DNA of 64,000 bases, from the NCBI RefSeq assembly GCF_000981445.1, contig NC_027217.1:2232001-2296000 (forward strand), written 5' to 3'. Below the pieces are notes generated by a model, which made no database searches, was not told where the DNA came from, and saw nothing but the letters and a program-made list of their open reading frames with translations. This document shows, piece by piece, positions 24,912 through 38,080 of the stretch (positions are counted from its first letter, which is position 1; every line of letters begins with the position of its first letter). The DNA is from Babesia bigemina (Eukaryota). The translations under genes and the position numbers were made by a program.

Positions 24912-26777
24912 TCATACTATGTTAAACGTGGCCGATTGGGCCGGCGCTCCGCGCATCAGCGCGGTGGTGTTCGGACGGTCGCAAAGCGCACGCGCCAGGT
25001 GCAGAGTGCGCTCCATGGACGCCGGCTCATCTTTCCTGAAACACCGTGACTGGAGGCGCACGGACTCGCTCTGCATCAGCCGCACCGCATGGTCCCACTT
25101 AAGCATGCGCAGCCTGCTGAGCCCCGTCCTCGCCGTGTCCTCCTGCAAGCTGTCGACGGAGTCGGGGTAGTAGCTGAACCGGAGCTCCAGTTTATAGGAT
25201 ACGGTGAGGAAGCTGGAGATGAACGTCGGTGTCGTGTGCATGGGGACGAAGAGTGTGACGCTGGACTGCGTCTTCCCCAGGGTGTACAGCGACCGCTGCA
25301 GGACGCTGAGCTCGGACGTGACTTGCTCCTGTGTGCCCGCAATGTCCAACCGAACCAGGTTGACATCCACCTGGAGGCACCTGAACGCGTCGGGGAATTC
25401 GAAATGGAGCGTGAACCAAGAGTTGGTTGGCAGGGTGAACTCCTGCGCCCCCCTCAACTGCCCAAATCCCTGCAGGTTACAAGTGCACAGCCTCCTCCCC
25501 TCGAGTGAAAAGTTCATCACTTTATTCGAACCTGTTGACACAAATGTCGCCATTGAACCACCACCTTACCGTCCACTGCCTGCTCGTACTGCATTTCCAA
25601 AGAGTCGCCTGCCGCATGGCGCAGGTTGTCCATAGTGGTGCCCTGTAACTGTGCGATGCGCTCCTCCACAACCTTATAGAATTTTCTGAGCGCCTCATGG
25701 CGGCCGCCTCCGGCAGGCCCCTGGTCGCCCGATGGCTGCATGACTTGCAGCATGCTGCCGAACCAGGGGCGGTACTTCTCCAGCTCCTTTCCGGTGGCGT
25801 CGTTCAACACAAGCTCCGTGAACTGCTCCACAAACCGGTTATACCTGCGCAGCACGTACGATTCCTCGGGTTCATGCAAAAAGCCCGATCCGTTCATGGT
25901 GTCCCAGACGTGCCAAAAGGCGTTGAGGTCCCTCGACAGCAAAGAAGCGTCGGTTGACCGGTCCGCCGTTATTTCCACGGCTGGCGACTCCGCCTCTAGA
26001 CGAACGAGCGTCGAGTCATAGTCGAAGAACATGTTTTCGCGCCCATAGTCTCCGCTGGTGATGTCCCGGCACACCCGGGGCAGGACCGCCTCGTCCACCC
26101 GTCCACCATCGAGCCTGTATCCCCCTTTTTTTGGCAGGAACGGGTATAACGCATCGTCAAGAGTCGGCACGCCTACAAAGTCTGGGTTCACCTTTACTGC
26201 ACTTACCGGGGTAAATCGACCCCTGCACGCGGAACTCAAGCCGGCGGCGGAGCGTTTCTCGCTGCAGAGACAGGCGGTTTGAGCTGTGCTGGACTGTCAC
26301 ATCGACGAAGTAGTTGCACGATACGTTTTCGCCGTCGACGGTTGGCGGCACGAAGGGTGGTATCGTGCAGGTATACCTGTCTGCGCCGCTGTCAGTGGGA
26401 TGTGGCGTGGACCTACAGTACGATTCGGGCGACGTCCGTTTGATTTCCGTGCATGTGTGGAACAGCACGGCGTCGGAGGCGCAGATCAGGTGAGCCCCCT
26501 CATTAGGCTTCAACCTTCTGCGAGCTTCCTTGAGAAAACCGAAGTGCAGGCTGTTCTGGATCTTCGACGGCGCCAGCAACCGGCTGCCAAAGGAGACCAG
26601 TCCGTACACATTCAACGATATGAAGTCGACTGAGACGGGCGTGTCGTCGTCTGACCACTGCGATTCGACTGGAGCCACTCTCACGAAGCAGCAGAAGGGG
26701 CCGCCGCTCACGTGGTAGCTGTCGGCCACGGCGACCTGAATTGCGACTCTCCCATCGCCTATCCTCGCCGCCGCCAT
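24912..26777 (-). CDS. Rgp1-like (Ric1-Rgp1 Rab6 GEF subunit, arrestin-like fold), multi-exon
   Basis: IPPFVPPTVDGENVSCNYFV and TPTFISSFLTVSYKLELRF resemble Rgp1 motifs. Three ORFs are joined by GTAAG..AG introns. Confidence 0.6.
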
Positions 26778-26926
26778 CAAACTAGACAATGTGTCTACCG
26801 GAAGCTGATTTTGAGGGCGAGTCTGTGCGGCCCGGGTACGCGAAGATGTGTAACCGCATCAATCCCCTGTCACTGTGACACCCAGATTGGGAGCACATCA
26901 ACGAGAAATTACAATGTGTACTTTGT

Positions 26927-28901
26927 TCAGGCTTTGAATGCGGGGAATAGTGTCCGGAAGGTTGCGCTGTTGGCGGCAGCTTTGCTTAGCGGCCCGTAGT
27001 ATTCCACAGTGCCTTCATTGAGCACGGCTACCTTTTGGGCGTTGCTTAGAGTCGCTGCGTGGTGGGTGATGAGGATGACCGTTTGCCGTTTGTCGCTGCT
27101 GAATGCGTTTGACCTTTAGCGTATCTGCGACCTACCGGTTGATGATGCGTCGCACGAGGTCCTCCGACGAGCCGTCCAGCGCAGACATGGCCTCGTCCAA
27201 TATGAGGCACGGAGTGTCCCTGAGCAGCGCCCGCGCGAGGCCTATGCGCTGCTTCTGCCCCGTAGACAGCAGCGCCCCGCGCTGACCTACTGTGGCGCGG
27301 TACCCCTCCGGCAAGGACTCGATGAACTCGTGTATCTCGCAGTAGCGGGTTGCAGCCCGAATCTCCTCGTCCGACACTTCCTCGTTACCGTAGCGCAGGT
27401 TGTTCTCAATAGACATGGAGAACAGCAGGGGATCCTGCGTCACGACAGTGAACACCTTGCTGCGCAGCCAGCGGGAGTTGAGCGTCTGCACATCGACGCC
27501 ATCCAGCAGCACACGGCCGCCGGTGGGCTTGTAGAGCGTGGTCAGCAGGTTGGCCGTTGTGCTTTTCCCCATGCCGTTGGCCCCAACGATGGCCACCACC
27601 TCGCCCGCTTCGATCTTGAGGCTCATATCCCGCAGTACCGCCGCTTCAGAGCGCGTGTCGTACGAGAACGAGACGTTGTCGAACTCTAGCTCGCCGCGCA
27701 CGTCGTCCAGGATGTCGCCGTCATCTTCCTGATCTTCCAGGTCGTGAATTTCGTATATCCTCTGGAGGGACACTGCCGCCTTCGACACGTCTGACGTGAT
27801 CTGTATAGCTGTTATTGGCCGTGCATGCATAAAACTTGCCTTCGACAGGCCGGACACGCCTAGCCCAAATAGCGCACCGTATAGGATGAACGACGCCATA
27901 TTTCCGACGGAAATGTCACCCGCTTTCATCCTGTATGAGCCGCAGTAGAGCATTATCAGCGTGGACAAGTTGAACCCCGCCAGAATGGAGCCCATCAAAA
28001 CCCCCTCCGCGTTGCAGACGCGCATAGAAACGGGGTCGCACTGGTCCAGAGAGTATGAGAAACTTTGGATTTCGTCGGTCTCTTTACCGAAGTTCATGAC
28101 GCTCTCGATGCCGCTGATGACCTCCTCCGCCTTCCCGATGGCGTTGTCCAGCTGCTGCTTCCGCTGGCGCTGGCAGCGCTTGATGATCGAGGAGTAGCCG
28201 ATGATGAAAAGCCCAAAGAGCGGAATGCAGGTCATGGTGACTCCCGTGAGACAGGGGGAGATGCTGATCAGGTTGATGGTGCCTCCGATCACCGAGTTGC
28301 AGCACCTCAGGAAGGTGAACGCATTCTCGACCATGGATTTCGGCCCCTCCTCACAGTCGTTGAGCAGTTTGGCGATGAGCAGCCCCGACGCGCGGGTGTG
28401 GAAGAACGGCGCTCTCTGCATCAGCATCTTTTTGTACATCTTCTTGCGTGAGCGCTTCTGTATCAGGTAGATGGCGTAATTCATGCTGGATACGCGAACC
28501 CACGAGGCCAGGCTGCCGACTACGTACAAGGGCAGTGCGGAGCAGAACAGCTTCTTGAACATGGCGTAGGGGCAGTTTATGCTGATGACCTCGTCGCCAT
28601 CAAGCGCTGGCGCCCTGTTGTGGCACCCGGGCAACCACGATATCGGGCCGAATACGCGTCCGGTGCTCCCCGAGTCGATGATGTTGCCGATGATCTTGGG
28701 GTAGACCATGTTTGTTGCTGCGTTTATCACCATAGCGCATCCTCCCAACGCCAGATTAATCTGCTCCTCCGGCTCCAGCTCGCTAAAAAACCTCCGCAGG
28801 GTATCGCAAACGGAAACGTCGGCGGCAGCCTCCACCTCCTCCGATGTCGGCGACATCGGTTTCGAAGGCCTTGCACCCATCGTGATGTTTGGTCCGTTCA
28901 C
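26927..28901 (-). CDS. ABC transporter, subfamily B half transporter (TMD+NBD); 5' end uncertain
   Basis: TM domain followed by Walker A GANGMGKST, Q-loop VTQDPLLF, signature LSTGQKQR and Walker B ILDEAMSALD. The last exon carries the H-loop VLIITHH and stops at 26927. Confidence 0.92.
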
Positions 28902-29667
28902 CTAAAAATGAAAGACAAATGCCTTCTAACACATTGAAATTGCAAGTGAAGGCGTAAATGGCACAATGGAATCTTCAGTAAAACATAATACTCAACAGCA
29001 GCAGTCCTTTGGGCATAGGCAGAGTTCAGATTGCACAGAATCCGACGTGATCCCAATCAGAAGAACGTGCAGCTGTGTATAAAGCACGTCTAGGATGTGC
29101 AACAGGCTCCGAGCGCTTAACACATGAATGTAGACGAGTCTAAACGTCAGCTTAAACAACCGACTCTACAACTGTAGACTGAAATATACGACTTTATGAC
29201 CACAAATCCCTATATAAGTATAACGATAGGCGTAATGGCATCATGTGCAACATCCGCGCCCATCGGCGTCATCCGGCTCGTCGTCGCCGGTGGGGGCCTG
29301 CGATGGTTTGTAGCAAGGCAATCACACACTCCAAGACGCGATTTTAAAATCGTAGACGACAGTCTACCACCTATTTGATTGAACGGCGACCTGCGCCGAT
29401 CAGCATCCGAGCAGGGGTCCCCGAGTGACCCTCGCCGATCATATATACCAACAACCGCAGGTAGGAAATGCGTACCAAGTGTTTACACACGCGTGCCGTA
29501 TTGTAAAAAATTACTCTGTGCTGCAGTATTGTTTGGTATTTGACTGGAGTCTCTTGACTCTACCATATCTCATGGTCGGCAATTCGATAATCCGTTATGG
29601 GCTATATGCCATATTTACGCGATCTGATGCATATGTGCAGGCGGATGAATTAGTGGTGTACTCGAGA

Positions 29668-29960
29668 ATGTCAAAAGCCGTCTACGCGAAGCTGTGGATG
29701 GCAACATCCCAGTACCACCTGAGGAGGACCTATGGATGGATGCACGTATGGTAGGTGTTGAGCGATGGCGGTTGGCCCCCCAAAAACCTTGCAGGAAACG
29801 TCTGGCTCTATGGGGCGCCGTTTACGGGGCTGCCGGCGTCTGGCTGTACTTCCCCGCATGCCGCCCAGAAAACAAGAAATTGTTAACCCTGGGTTACTGG
29901 ACGGCTCCGGAGGTCGGCTACAACAAGTACCCCGTGGTTTCTGAAGAGGAGTCTACGTGA
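29668..29960 (+). CDS. QCR11: apicomplexan cytochrome bc1 complex subunit QCR11-like, 82 aa, 2 exons (intron 29751-29794)
   Basis: The spliced product MSKAVYAKLWMATSQYHLRRTYGWMHVWKRLALWGAVYGAAGVWLYFPACRPENKKLLTLGYW matches my recollection of Toxoplasma QCR11 and has a single TM helix. Confidence 0.7.
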
Positions 29961-30542
29961 AACCGGAAGCCTATCGGTCGGGTATGATGCGCGGTGCATA
30001 TCCGGGAAACGGGGTCTGAACGCCGACGACAACATTACGCCTTGGGTTTGACGCCGTTTCTGATTCAGGGTTATTTTTGGGCACCGGTGGCAACCTGCCG
30101 ATCCCCACGGTTCCCTATACGTGTTGGAGAATCTGTACTTTGGCAGTCTGTACAATAAGGGAAGCGTAGGAGCCAATCCATCTCGGTGCAGACGCTGTAG
30201 CCGAGGGGCGGTACAGTCCAACAGATTCAGTAATCGCAACTTATATTATTTACATGATTTTCCATATCTTAGTAGCGCCTTTGTGTAAACGGAAGTGTAT
30301 CGGAATCACGCTATATCGTCGTTGTTTTCATGTTGGAATCCCCATGGACACGCACGGCGTTGTCAATCGGGACTTTCGAGTGGCTTCTCTGATTGTCCAA
30401 ATAGATTGCATAAACAAACATACTACGTGCTTCATGAATATTTAATATTTTGACTTCCTACTATCGTCCGCGCCAAGACGGCGTGTGTAAGAGGTGTACA
30501 TCATGACTAAGGTGACCTCGAACTGCGTCTTCCTGTAGCAGA

Positions 30543-32117
30543 ATGAGGCGGATGACGCCAATACTAGCTCTTATCGCAACGCACACAGTATGTGTGCTCC
30601 ACGCCGCCTCAGTTGAGCACGTACACAAGGATGATGGGCGCTTGGAGGACCTCTTTTCCGAGGCTTTCATGATGATCCAAGAGATCACGGACGGTTCGGA
30701 AAAGCAAAAGCTGGCTTTCTCCAGGCTGCTGACGAACGTGGCTGCAACCTTTGACGTGGAAGGATACCGATGGATGCTCGACATCGGTACGTTGCAGTGG
30801 CACACATCTCACCTTCTACAGTAAAGGGGCGCCGCGCCACCGAAAGGTTCACACAGGCAGTCGCCCATCGCTCATTCAGCCAGCCTCACGTAGGTTGATG
30901 CCCACCGGATTAAAGCATTTCGCAGTGTGACAAGGGGAGCTGGGTGAGCCCATCGCATACTTTTGGTGACCTGGTGAAATTCCCAGGAGGGCCATTCAGG
31001 GGCGGAACTGGCTACGATCTGGTCAGATGGTACGTTGTGCGGGATACCCCGATGCATGGCAACGCAGGATGGGCAACCAGTACTCCCACGTCCACTCGCC
31101 CGCATCGGCCAACCAGCCCGGGCTGGAAAACATGATCGTGCAAGCGTTCCAGCAGATCAAGGGCGTGATACAGACTATACTGGCTGTGGTGGTAGACCTA
31201 GTGCCTCCCATAGTTATATCAGTGTAAGGGACTACTTGAACTATTAAAGTTTCGCAGGAGCCTGCCATGTCTACCCATGCTTACGGGGATAAACTGTCTG
31301 GGCTCCGTTCTGTACCCTATATCGGCAACAGACTTCGTGATGGCTGACATCACCGATTCGGTGATGAATGGCGTCATCTCGTCTTTCCCCGCCAAGTACG
31401 CCGCCAAGGTTGGGCGCACTAGCGACGCGCAATACTACTTCTGCGCCCACATATACTTGGGAATGTACTGCGCCAGCCTGTTCCCCATTTGCGTTACTGG
31501 GGCAGCTAAGATCGCCGAAACGTTTCCCATGTGCTTTGTGCAGTGCATTGCCGCCCTTATTGCGTGCCCCGGCTTCTGGATGGACGACATCGCGGTCCCG
31601 TGCAGCAACCTCTCGGTGCCGCCATTCTGCTCCTTTTCAGTCTTCGCCAACCACTACAGGATTCCGCCGCAGTACACCACGTACGACCAGTCGCACATGT
31701 ATCCCGAAGGGTGCCCGCAATACAATCCCGAGATAGGTTAGTTCACGCATTCAACTCTCGATATTGCGCAGACACCCCTCGGGATCTGTACGACAAGAAG
31801 GCTGCGCCGCCGTCCGCAATAGCAAAGGCGGCGAAGGAGAAGCCGTTGGAGGAGTTCCACCTGAAACGTAGGAAGGCCGAAGAATTCCCCGGTGCTTGCG
31901 ACTGCGACGCCATCAAGGAAGTCTGCCGCCTCCATTTACCATATCCCGTCTACGTAGGTTCATTCAGTGCATTTAAGTTATTTTCGCACAGGTCAACGCT
32001 GACCCGAGTACGTCCGAGACGCACTACCAGGTCCCGGAGCGCGTCGACGAGCACGAAAAGCGGTGTTGCGAAGAATGCACGCCCATTTGGGACATCACGG
32101 AAAACAACACACTATGA
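30543..32117 (+). CDS. secreted cysteine-rich protein, multi-exon
   Basis: Signal peptide, then the Cys-rich block CAHIYLGMYCASLFPIC..PMCFVQC..CPG. Short GT-AG introns link the ORF fragments; stop at 32115-32117. Confidence 0.7.
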
Positions 32118-32179
32118 CCCATGGATTCCGCTTGTCACACTACTCATCATTGCGGATCCGTGCCCGCCAAAACTGCAGC

Positions 32180-33177
32180 CTAATGTTGATTTTGGTCAGG
32201 GGACGTACAGTCGTAGCAATGGGTGTTCGCTTCGCTGAAATGGCGCCGGGCCCTCCAGGGCTCATCCGACGCTGGCACCAGCCCCGCCTGAATCGGAGAT
32301 GAATAATACTCGCCAATGCAACTTACTTCTAGATTGGTGGTGTACCTGAATGGTGACAAGCGTGCCGTCTTGATGGGTGGCTCGGTGGTGACGTACCCAG
32401 GCTTTACACAATATCGTTGTAAAAGCACCAACCCACCTCTATATGTGATTCGTAGGTCTTGCTGGACACCTGCTTGCTGTTTTGTCGGAGGATGCATTGC
32501 TCCTTTGGCAGCAGCGACTCCTGCAGCGGGATATACGGCCAGGGCAACCACCCACCTCCAAGGAACTTCGCATCGCAATGCTCATACGGGGAATATTGGT
32601 GTCCATAACTTTCGCGTCCTCCTTAGGGATCATGCATTGCTGCGAGAGTATGCAACAACTTGGGGGTGACGTACATCAAGGTTGGGAGCAGGGGTTTTAC
32701 ATTCCTTGCGTATTTCAACGTCGTAGTTGAATATGTTTCTCCCGGGAATGCCGTATAGTCGCTGCCTTGTCTTCTCAGGGATGTCCGGCTGCTTCTTTCT
32801 GTTGTACTTCAGGAGTGGGTCAAGTCCGCCCGTCATTTGGCGGTATAGCGCATCCTTGTCTGCGGTCTCTTCCGGCTTGTACATCCTTAGCCCTCTACGG
32901 GTCGATATCGCGTCTTCAGCCACCTCCCATCCCAGTTGTATCTGTGACAGCTTTGATCAAATGCACATGCATTTTACGTTTGCTTTGGGCTTCGTTTCTA
33001 CAATCCTCAATCCGTGGTGTTCTCGGTTCAACCGCTCCGCAGGGAGCCCAGCTGGCGGAGTCCTGCAAGCATGTGTGACAGCGTAACCACGTTGCAAATG
33101 CACGTCACCAACAGTATGTGTACGGACGTGCTGTTGCCACGAGTAACTCACGTTAATGCTGCTTCGTGCTCCTGCAT
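32180..33177 (-). CDS. hypothetical protein, multi-exon; boundaries uncertain
   Basis: Protein-like hydrophilic ORF at 32630..32923 with flanking fragments. ATG33177 is followed by a GTGAGT donor. Confidence 0.4.
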
Positions 33178-34242
33178 CTTGACTTATGGACGAGGAATCG
33201 TGTTAACAGCATACATACAAGCGCTTTAGCGTCGTAGACGATGCCACGTTGCCGGACGTCGGCACTTGTGGCAACGTGGATGTGTTGATGGATGAGACTT
33301 CACAGTGAAAGCAACCTGCGCAACCAACACCTCAAATGCATACACCTACAACTGTACAAATAAAGATTAGCACATATAAAGCGATATGATCTAAAAGACA
33401 GCCGCTAACAGGATTCTAGGACCTGGTCCGATTCTCATACACATTTTGTCCCAGTGTCCAATATAAACTCGCAATTTACCTCGTACAAGCGACCTTACAT
33501 CAAATTCCCCAAAACAGATACTATTTCACGCATACAGCTCGTCGGGAATGTCGCGTTGAGCGCAGTGGCATGGGAGCCGTTGCGCTGCACCCTTGGATAC
33601 AACAGGTAGACATCGGCTGTGGCCAAAAGCGTTTTAGAAGAAATGTATCTATATACGAATTATGTCTTCTGGATGCTGATGTGCTTCCTTGATTCAGCGG
33701 TGAGACCCGTCATGGTACAACTTCTCTACAAACGGCCAGGATTACATACCGCCTATTCCCGAACATTTAAATGGCACGACTGAGTTTCGTGGAATGCGTC
33801 TCGCAATCCTCGATAGGCTTAATCTTAAGGTAATTGTAGAATCTCAATGGCACTGCCTGAAACAGTGGTGAACAAGCAATGTATTGGTTGCTACTGTGGC
33901 ACATGGACGAAAATCTGGTTTGCTTGAAAGCCAGAGTATACAATGCTGTATCGCTCTAGCATCCCTAGCCACCGCGTCATACAATCTTATTAGAATGGCG
34001 GATTCACCGCTTTGTAAACATGTAACGCACTGCAGAACACAACTTGCCGCTTCATGCGCTATGTGAAAGCCAACTTTCGTCTGATGGTCATACATATCAT
34101 GTGAAAATAGTCAAACGCCGAGTATATTGATGACATAATTGACGATATTTTAAGTGTCTAATTGTTTTGGGCGTTGTTGACGGCAGAATTTTTGCCATTT
34201 TAGCTCGCTCGTGCTGCCTCCATCCCAGCACCGCAGTTCACA

Positions 34243-35913
34243 TCACTTTAGGTGGGACTTGATGCCACAGATCTGTGCCAGCTGGAATAGCTGCCTAGTT
34301 GTCGCGCGCCTAACGCCCGAAATGCACAGCGCTCGCATACGCAGCTGCGGGTTCATTTTCAGCTGCTTCGAGATCTTCGACTTGAGTATCGCTCGCCCCT
34401 TGTTGCCCAGCTTGAACATCCCCGTGCTTCGCAGACTCTGCCAGAGCGAGTCGCTCATGCGCAGGAAGTCGATGTTAGATCGATTCAGAATCTTTTGGCT
34501 CTCGATGTTGATTTCCTGCTTGATGCCGTCGGTGCTCTTGGACGAGCTCTCGAGCGGCTCCTCGCCGTAATCCATGCTCGTTGAGCGCTGCTGCGTGTCC
34601 GAGTTGCCACCATTCACCTGGTTATAAAAGTCATTAGACGATTGTGCGCGATCGTAGCAGTAGTCGTATACCCCTGACATTTGGGACATAATGCGTGGGG
34701 CACTGGTCTGTTCCATCTGATTTCCGTTCATATCTGTCATGCTACCAGTGATGTAATCCTCTGCTTTCATGGCCCCAATGTCGCTACTTTGGTCGTAGTA
34801 GCCGGAAACCTCCGGTACGGCTGCGTACCGATTCGGTGAAACAGTGTCCCCGACGTAACCCTTCTGAGTCCACCCATTGGTATGATATACGACGGGCGTG
34901 GCATACTGTGCCTGCGCGACATTGTAGAACCGCGGCAAGACGGCGTGGCGATGGTTCCCAGGATCTTTCACGGCGTTAACTCCCGACATCGTCGCATAAT
35001 TTGGGTACGTTATATCGCTCCATCCGTTGCGCCCCCTGTTCATGTGCTTTTCGTCCCCATGCAGTCCATTTTCCATGTAGGCGCGGTCACCGATGTCGTC
35101 TGGAATTTGCCGTGACGCGTGGTCATTGTAATACGCCCCGCTGTACCCATTCCTGTATACCAACGGCCCAGGTGCCAGTTCGTGCGTAACGTTCAATTCC
35201 TCATTGTGCATAAGATTTGAATCCCTTTTGGGTGGCGTCGATGGGGTTGACGTAGCTTGTAACATGGGCGAAGTTTCACTGACCACTGATTGCTCTGCCG
35301 ATTGCGTGCTGTCAGACGCGTACGTTGAATGCTGACCCATTTCGCGGTTACCTGAACTGTACTGTAGTCGCGTGGCGCTCATATCGCAATCCGTGCTGAC
35401 AGAGGCGATATCAACCTGGGGCTGCGCTATATGTTTCGAATCGTGAGCGACGCCGTAGTTTACAGCGGGCGGTAGGGAATGACCGTACCCGCCCATATAT
35501 TGATACCCGTTGCCATACCATCCGGGATAGTATCCCACATCCCTGTTGTTATATGCGAACCTACTCTCTGGTGTTGCATTCCCCGTGTATAGTTTTACAC
35601 CTTCTGGATACTCTTTGGTACCGCTGTTCACCATGTGACTGTTGTTTTCCGGAACGCTGGCTATATTCTCCCGCATCAGGTAGGTGGATTCGAAATTGTA
35701 CATGGGGTTCACAATTCCGTCGTAAAACGCATCAGTTACCGTTTCCGAGTTGTAACCCGCATGCATGTTATGCTGTTCGTCTCCGCGCTCATACATCAGG
35801 CCAGGCAACGCATATCCAGGCATACCCGGCTGATGAGGATATCCAGCTCTCGTGCTCATGGGGAAGTTACTGCCACCCTCCGGGTGATTTACAATGCCAG
35901 GCGTGACGTGCAT
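34243..35913 (-). CDS. HDP1: HDP1-like homeodomain-like DNA-binding protein, 556 aa
   Basis: Long low-complexity N-terminus with a compact basic helical C-terminal domain (LKSKISKQLKMNPQLRMRALCISGVRRATTRQLFQLAQICGI), recalled as similar to Plasmodium HDP1. Confidence 0.6.
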   Translation of the reverse strand: MHVTPGIVNHPEGGSNFPMSTRAGYPHQPGMPGYALPGLMYERGDEQHNMHAGYNSETVTDAFYDGIVNPMYNFESTYLMRENIASVPENNSHMVNSGTKEYPEGVKLYTGNATPESRFAYNNRDVGYYPGWYGNGYQYMGGYGHSLPPAVNYGVAHDSKHIAQPQVDIASVSTDCDMSATRLQYSSGNREMGQHSTYASDSTQSAEQSVVSETSPMLQATSTPSTPPKRDSNLMHNEELNVTHELAPGPLVYRNGYSGAYYNDHASRQIPDDIGDRAYMENGLHGDEKHMNRGRNGWSDITYPNYATMSGVNAVKDPGNHRHAVLPRFYNVAQAQYATPVVYHTNGWTQKGYVGDTVSPNRYAAVPEVSGYYDQSSDIGAMKAEDYITGSMTDMNGNQMEQTSAPRIMSQMSGVYDYCYDRAQSSNDFYNQVNGGNSDTQQRSTSMDYGEEPLESSSKSTDGIKQEINIESQKILNRSNIDFLRMSDSLWQSLRSTGMFKLGNKGRAILKSKISKQLKMNPQLRMRALCISGVRRATTRQLFQLAQICGIKSHLK

Positions 35914-38080
35914 CTTGACGTTATGCGTCGGATCGACTTCAGTTCATACAAACGCTGGCTTCTGAGCTTAGCGGGCTCTACGTTGATGGCAAACTCCTGT
36001 TCGGCAGCACCCCAAGAACGGCCCCTCTAATCTGGGATGCCACCTTTATGTCCTTGCTTGAACACTGTATCCTATCTTCAAGCGTGACCCGTTCTTTGAC
36101 TTCAACTTCAACGACTAATTTTAACGCGTGTTGTACCTGATCGAGCTTGACTTATTTTCCAACTACACCATGTCCTCGTTGGCGGCACAGTTTAAGCTGG
36201 CTTGCGTTATACTTCGTTTTTGTTGACGCGTTTGACTCCCTGAATAGTCATGATACCAGTATGCAAACATGGTGAGCAACAACGACGGACGCAATAGAGC
36301 TGCTATATACACTGAGATTGTGTAGGACACGAAACCCCCAAATTCAATATCAGCCAACAACACGTCTATATGTTAGACACTACATCTTCTAATAACTATT
36401 TGGATATAGCGTTGGTCTATCTGATGCAACAAAACCACGGAAACAGAACTACAGCAGTAGATGGCATTTGGCAAATTCATTTGAGATAGACACTGCAGCA
36501 GCCATCAGAGCAATCTAAATGATGGATTTGTAAACCATCGCATCACGCATTGGAGTTTTGATACGAATTGTAGACGGAATGTAGCGCCCCGATGCGTCCA
36601 CAACACCAAATTTGTGCGAGTCAAATTAAGGTCATGTAAGGCATGATACGATAAAATACGACGTCTTAAATCGACATACATGCACTTTAACATCACCACT
36701 AACAACCGTTTGGTTTCGATATTCAATAAATTTGAATGGAATCCAAGTCTGTGCAACAGTGACTTACCCCAACCTGCGTCTTGATGATGCAATTTTAAAA
36801 GGCTTCCGTATGCAAATCAGTTGATATAGTCTTGCTTATGCACGATTTGCTGCCAGGTGCTCATATAATCGAGTTTCAGGATTATATGGAAGGCGTACAA
36901 GGCAGATGTGCTGATCCGCTCTGAGTTGCACGGGTATCCTTAGTACAATATTTAACCCGATGTTCTTTCAAAGAAAGGGTCAATTTTGGTTACACGAATA
37001 AAATCGACGTATCCAACAGTTTCTTGATTGTGATAAGCTTGATTCGTCAAGGAGTATTGTTACGTACACGAGTTTTTCATCTTGTACTCCACGACCTCTC
37101 CGTTGGCGCAAGGCATCACGACTGCATTACATACAAATATCTATTTTGGCGAAACGGATTCTTATACAAATCTCGACGGAATCCAGCGTTTATAGCCGTT
37201 CATAAACACGCGACACATCCGCATAGACGTCAGATTATGTTACCGAGTGGCAGTTCAGTCGCGGTGACCAAGTCCGATGACGGCTGCAACGCGGTCGCCG
37301 AGTTTAGAACGACAGACAACGTATTCAGACAATTGCTATGAATAACTGCGTTGGTGTATCTTCTTGTTCGGCCTATGTGTTAGCCGCGGTCCGTTGGTGG
37401 CAGATGGCAGGAATGTACTTGCGGAGTACTGAGGCCACACCGGACGGCACGTGCCACCCTCACGCAGTTTGCAACGGTCACACAAATGTATGCATTGCGT
37501 AGTGCGGAGGGCGTCTCCTTTGGAGCGAAATAGCATCTCCAACGGGCGTATGTGCGAGGCCGTATGAGCAACGGCGCGATGTGACGTTGGATTCTAGGAT
37601 TCCATGGCGCTGTCTAGGAGCCAGATGCCACCATTGACGCTTCGGCGCACGCAATTTGTCCAGCTTTACAGACCAATGCGTCGTCAGAGAGACAAATATT
37701 CCTCGCTACGCGACGCCGTTACACACTGTCACACATCTGTCGCATATGCGGGCACATCTCGCATTACATGTATGCATTTTACGGTGAATGCAAGTACACA
37801 TACGAAATGTCTCCTTTCACGAATTTTACGACATCACTTTTGGCAATGAACTTTAGACCATGCGCCCACGAATGTGCGGTATTTTATCACACCAACAGAC
37901 CGATAGCGGAAAACTTTTAACAAGGCCAGGTATATTTTATCCGTGAGGCCTTATTAAGGGCCGCACATTGGCCAAAAAACGGCACCAAGTTACAGTAACG
38001 GGCAGACACACCTTCTACAGTTTGTAGCGGATATTTCGATCGCTTACTAACGAAATGCGTCATCATTGCATCGCGTAGTG

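Noticed and set aside
35914..38080. GTAC (AP2-G-like) motifs upstream of the HDP1-like gene
   Set aside because: I counted about seven by eye, roughly the chance expectation for a 4-mer in 2.1 kb.
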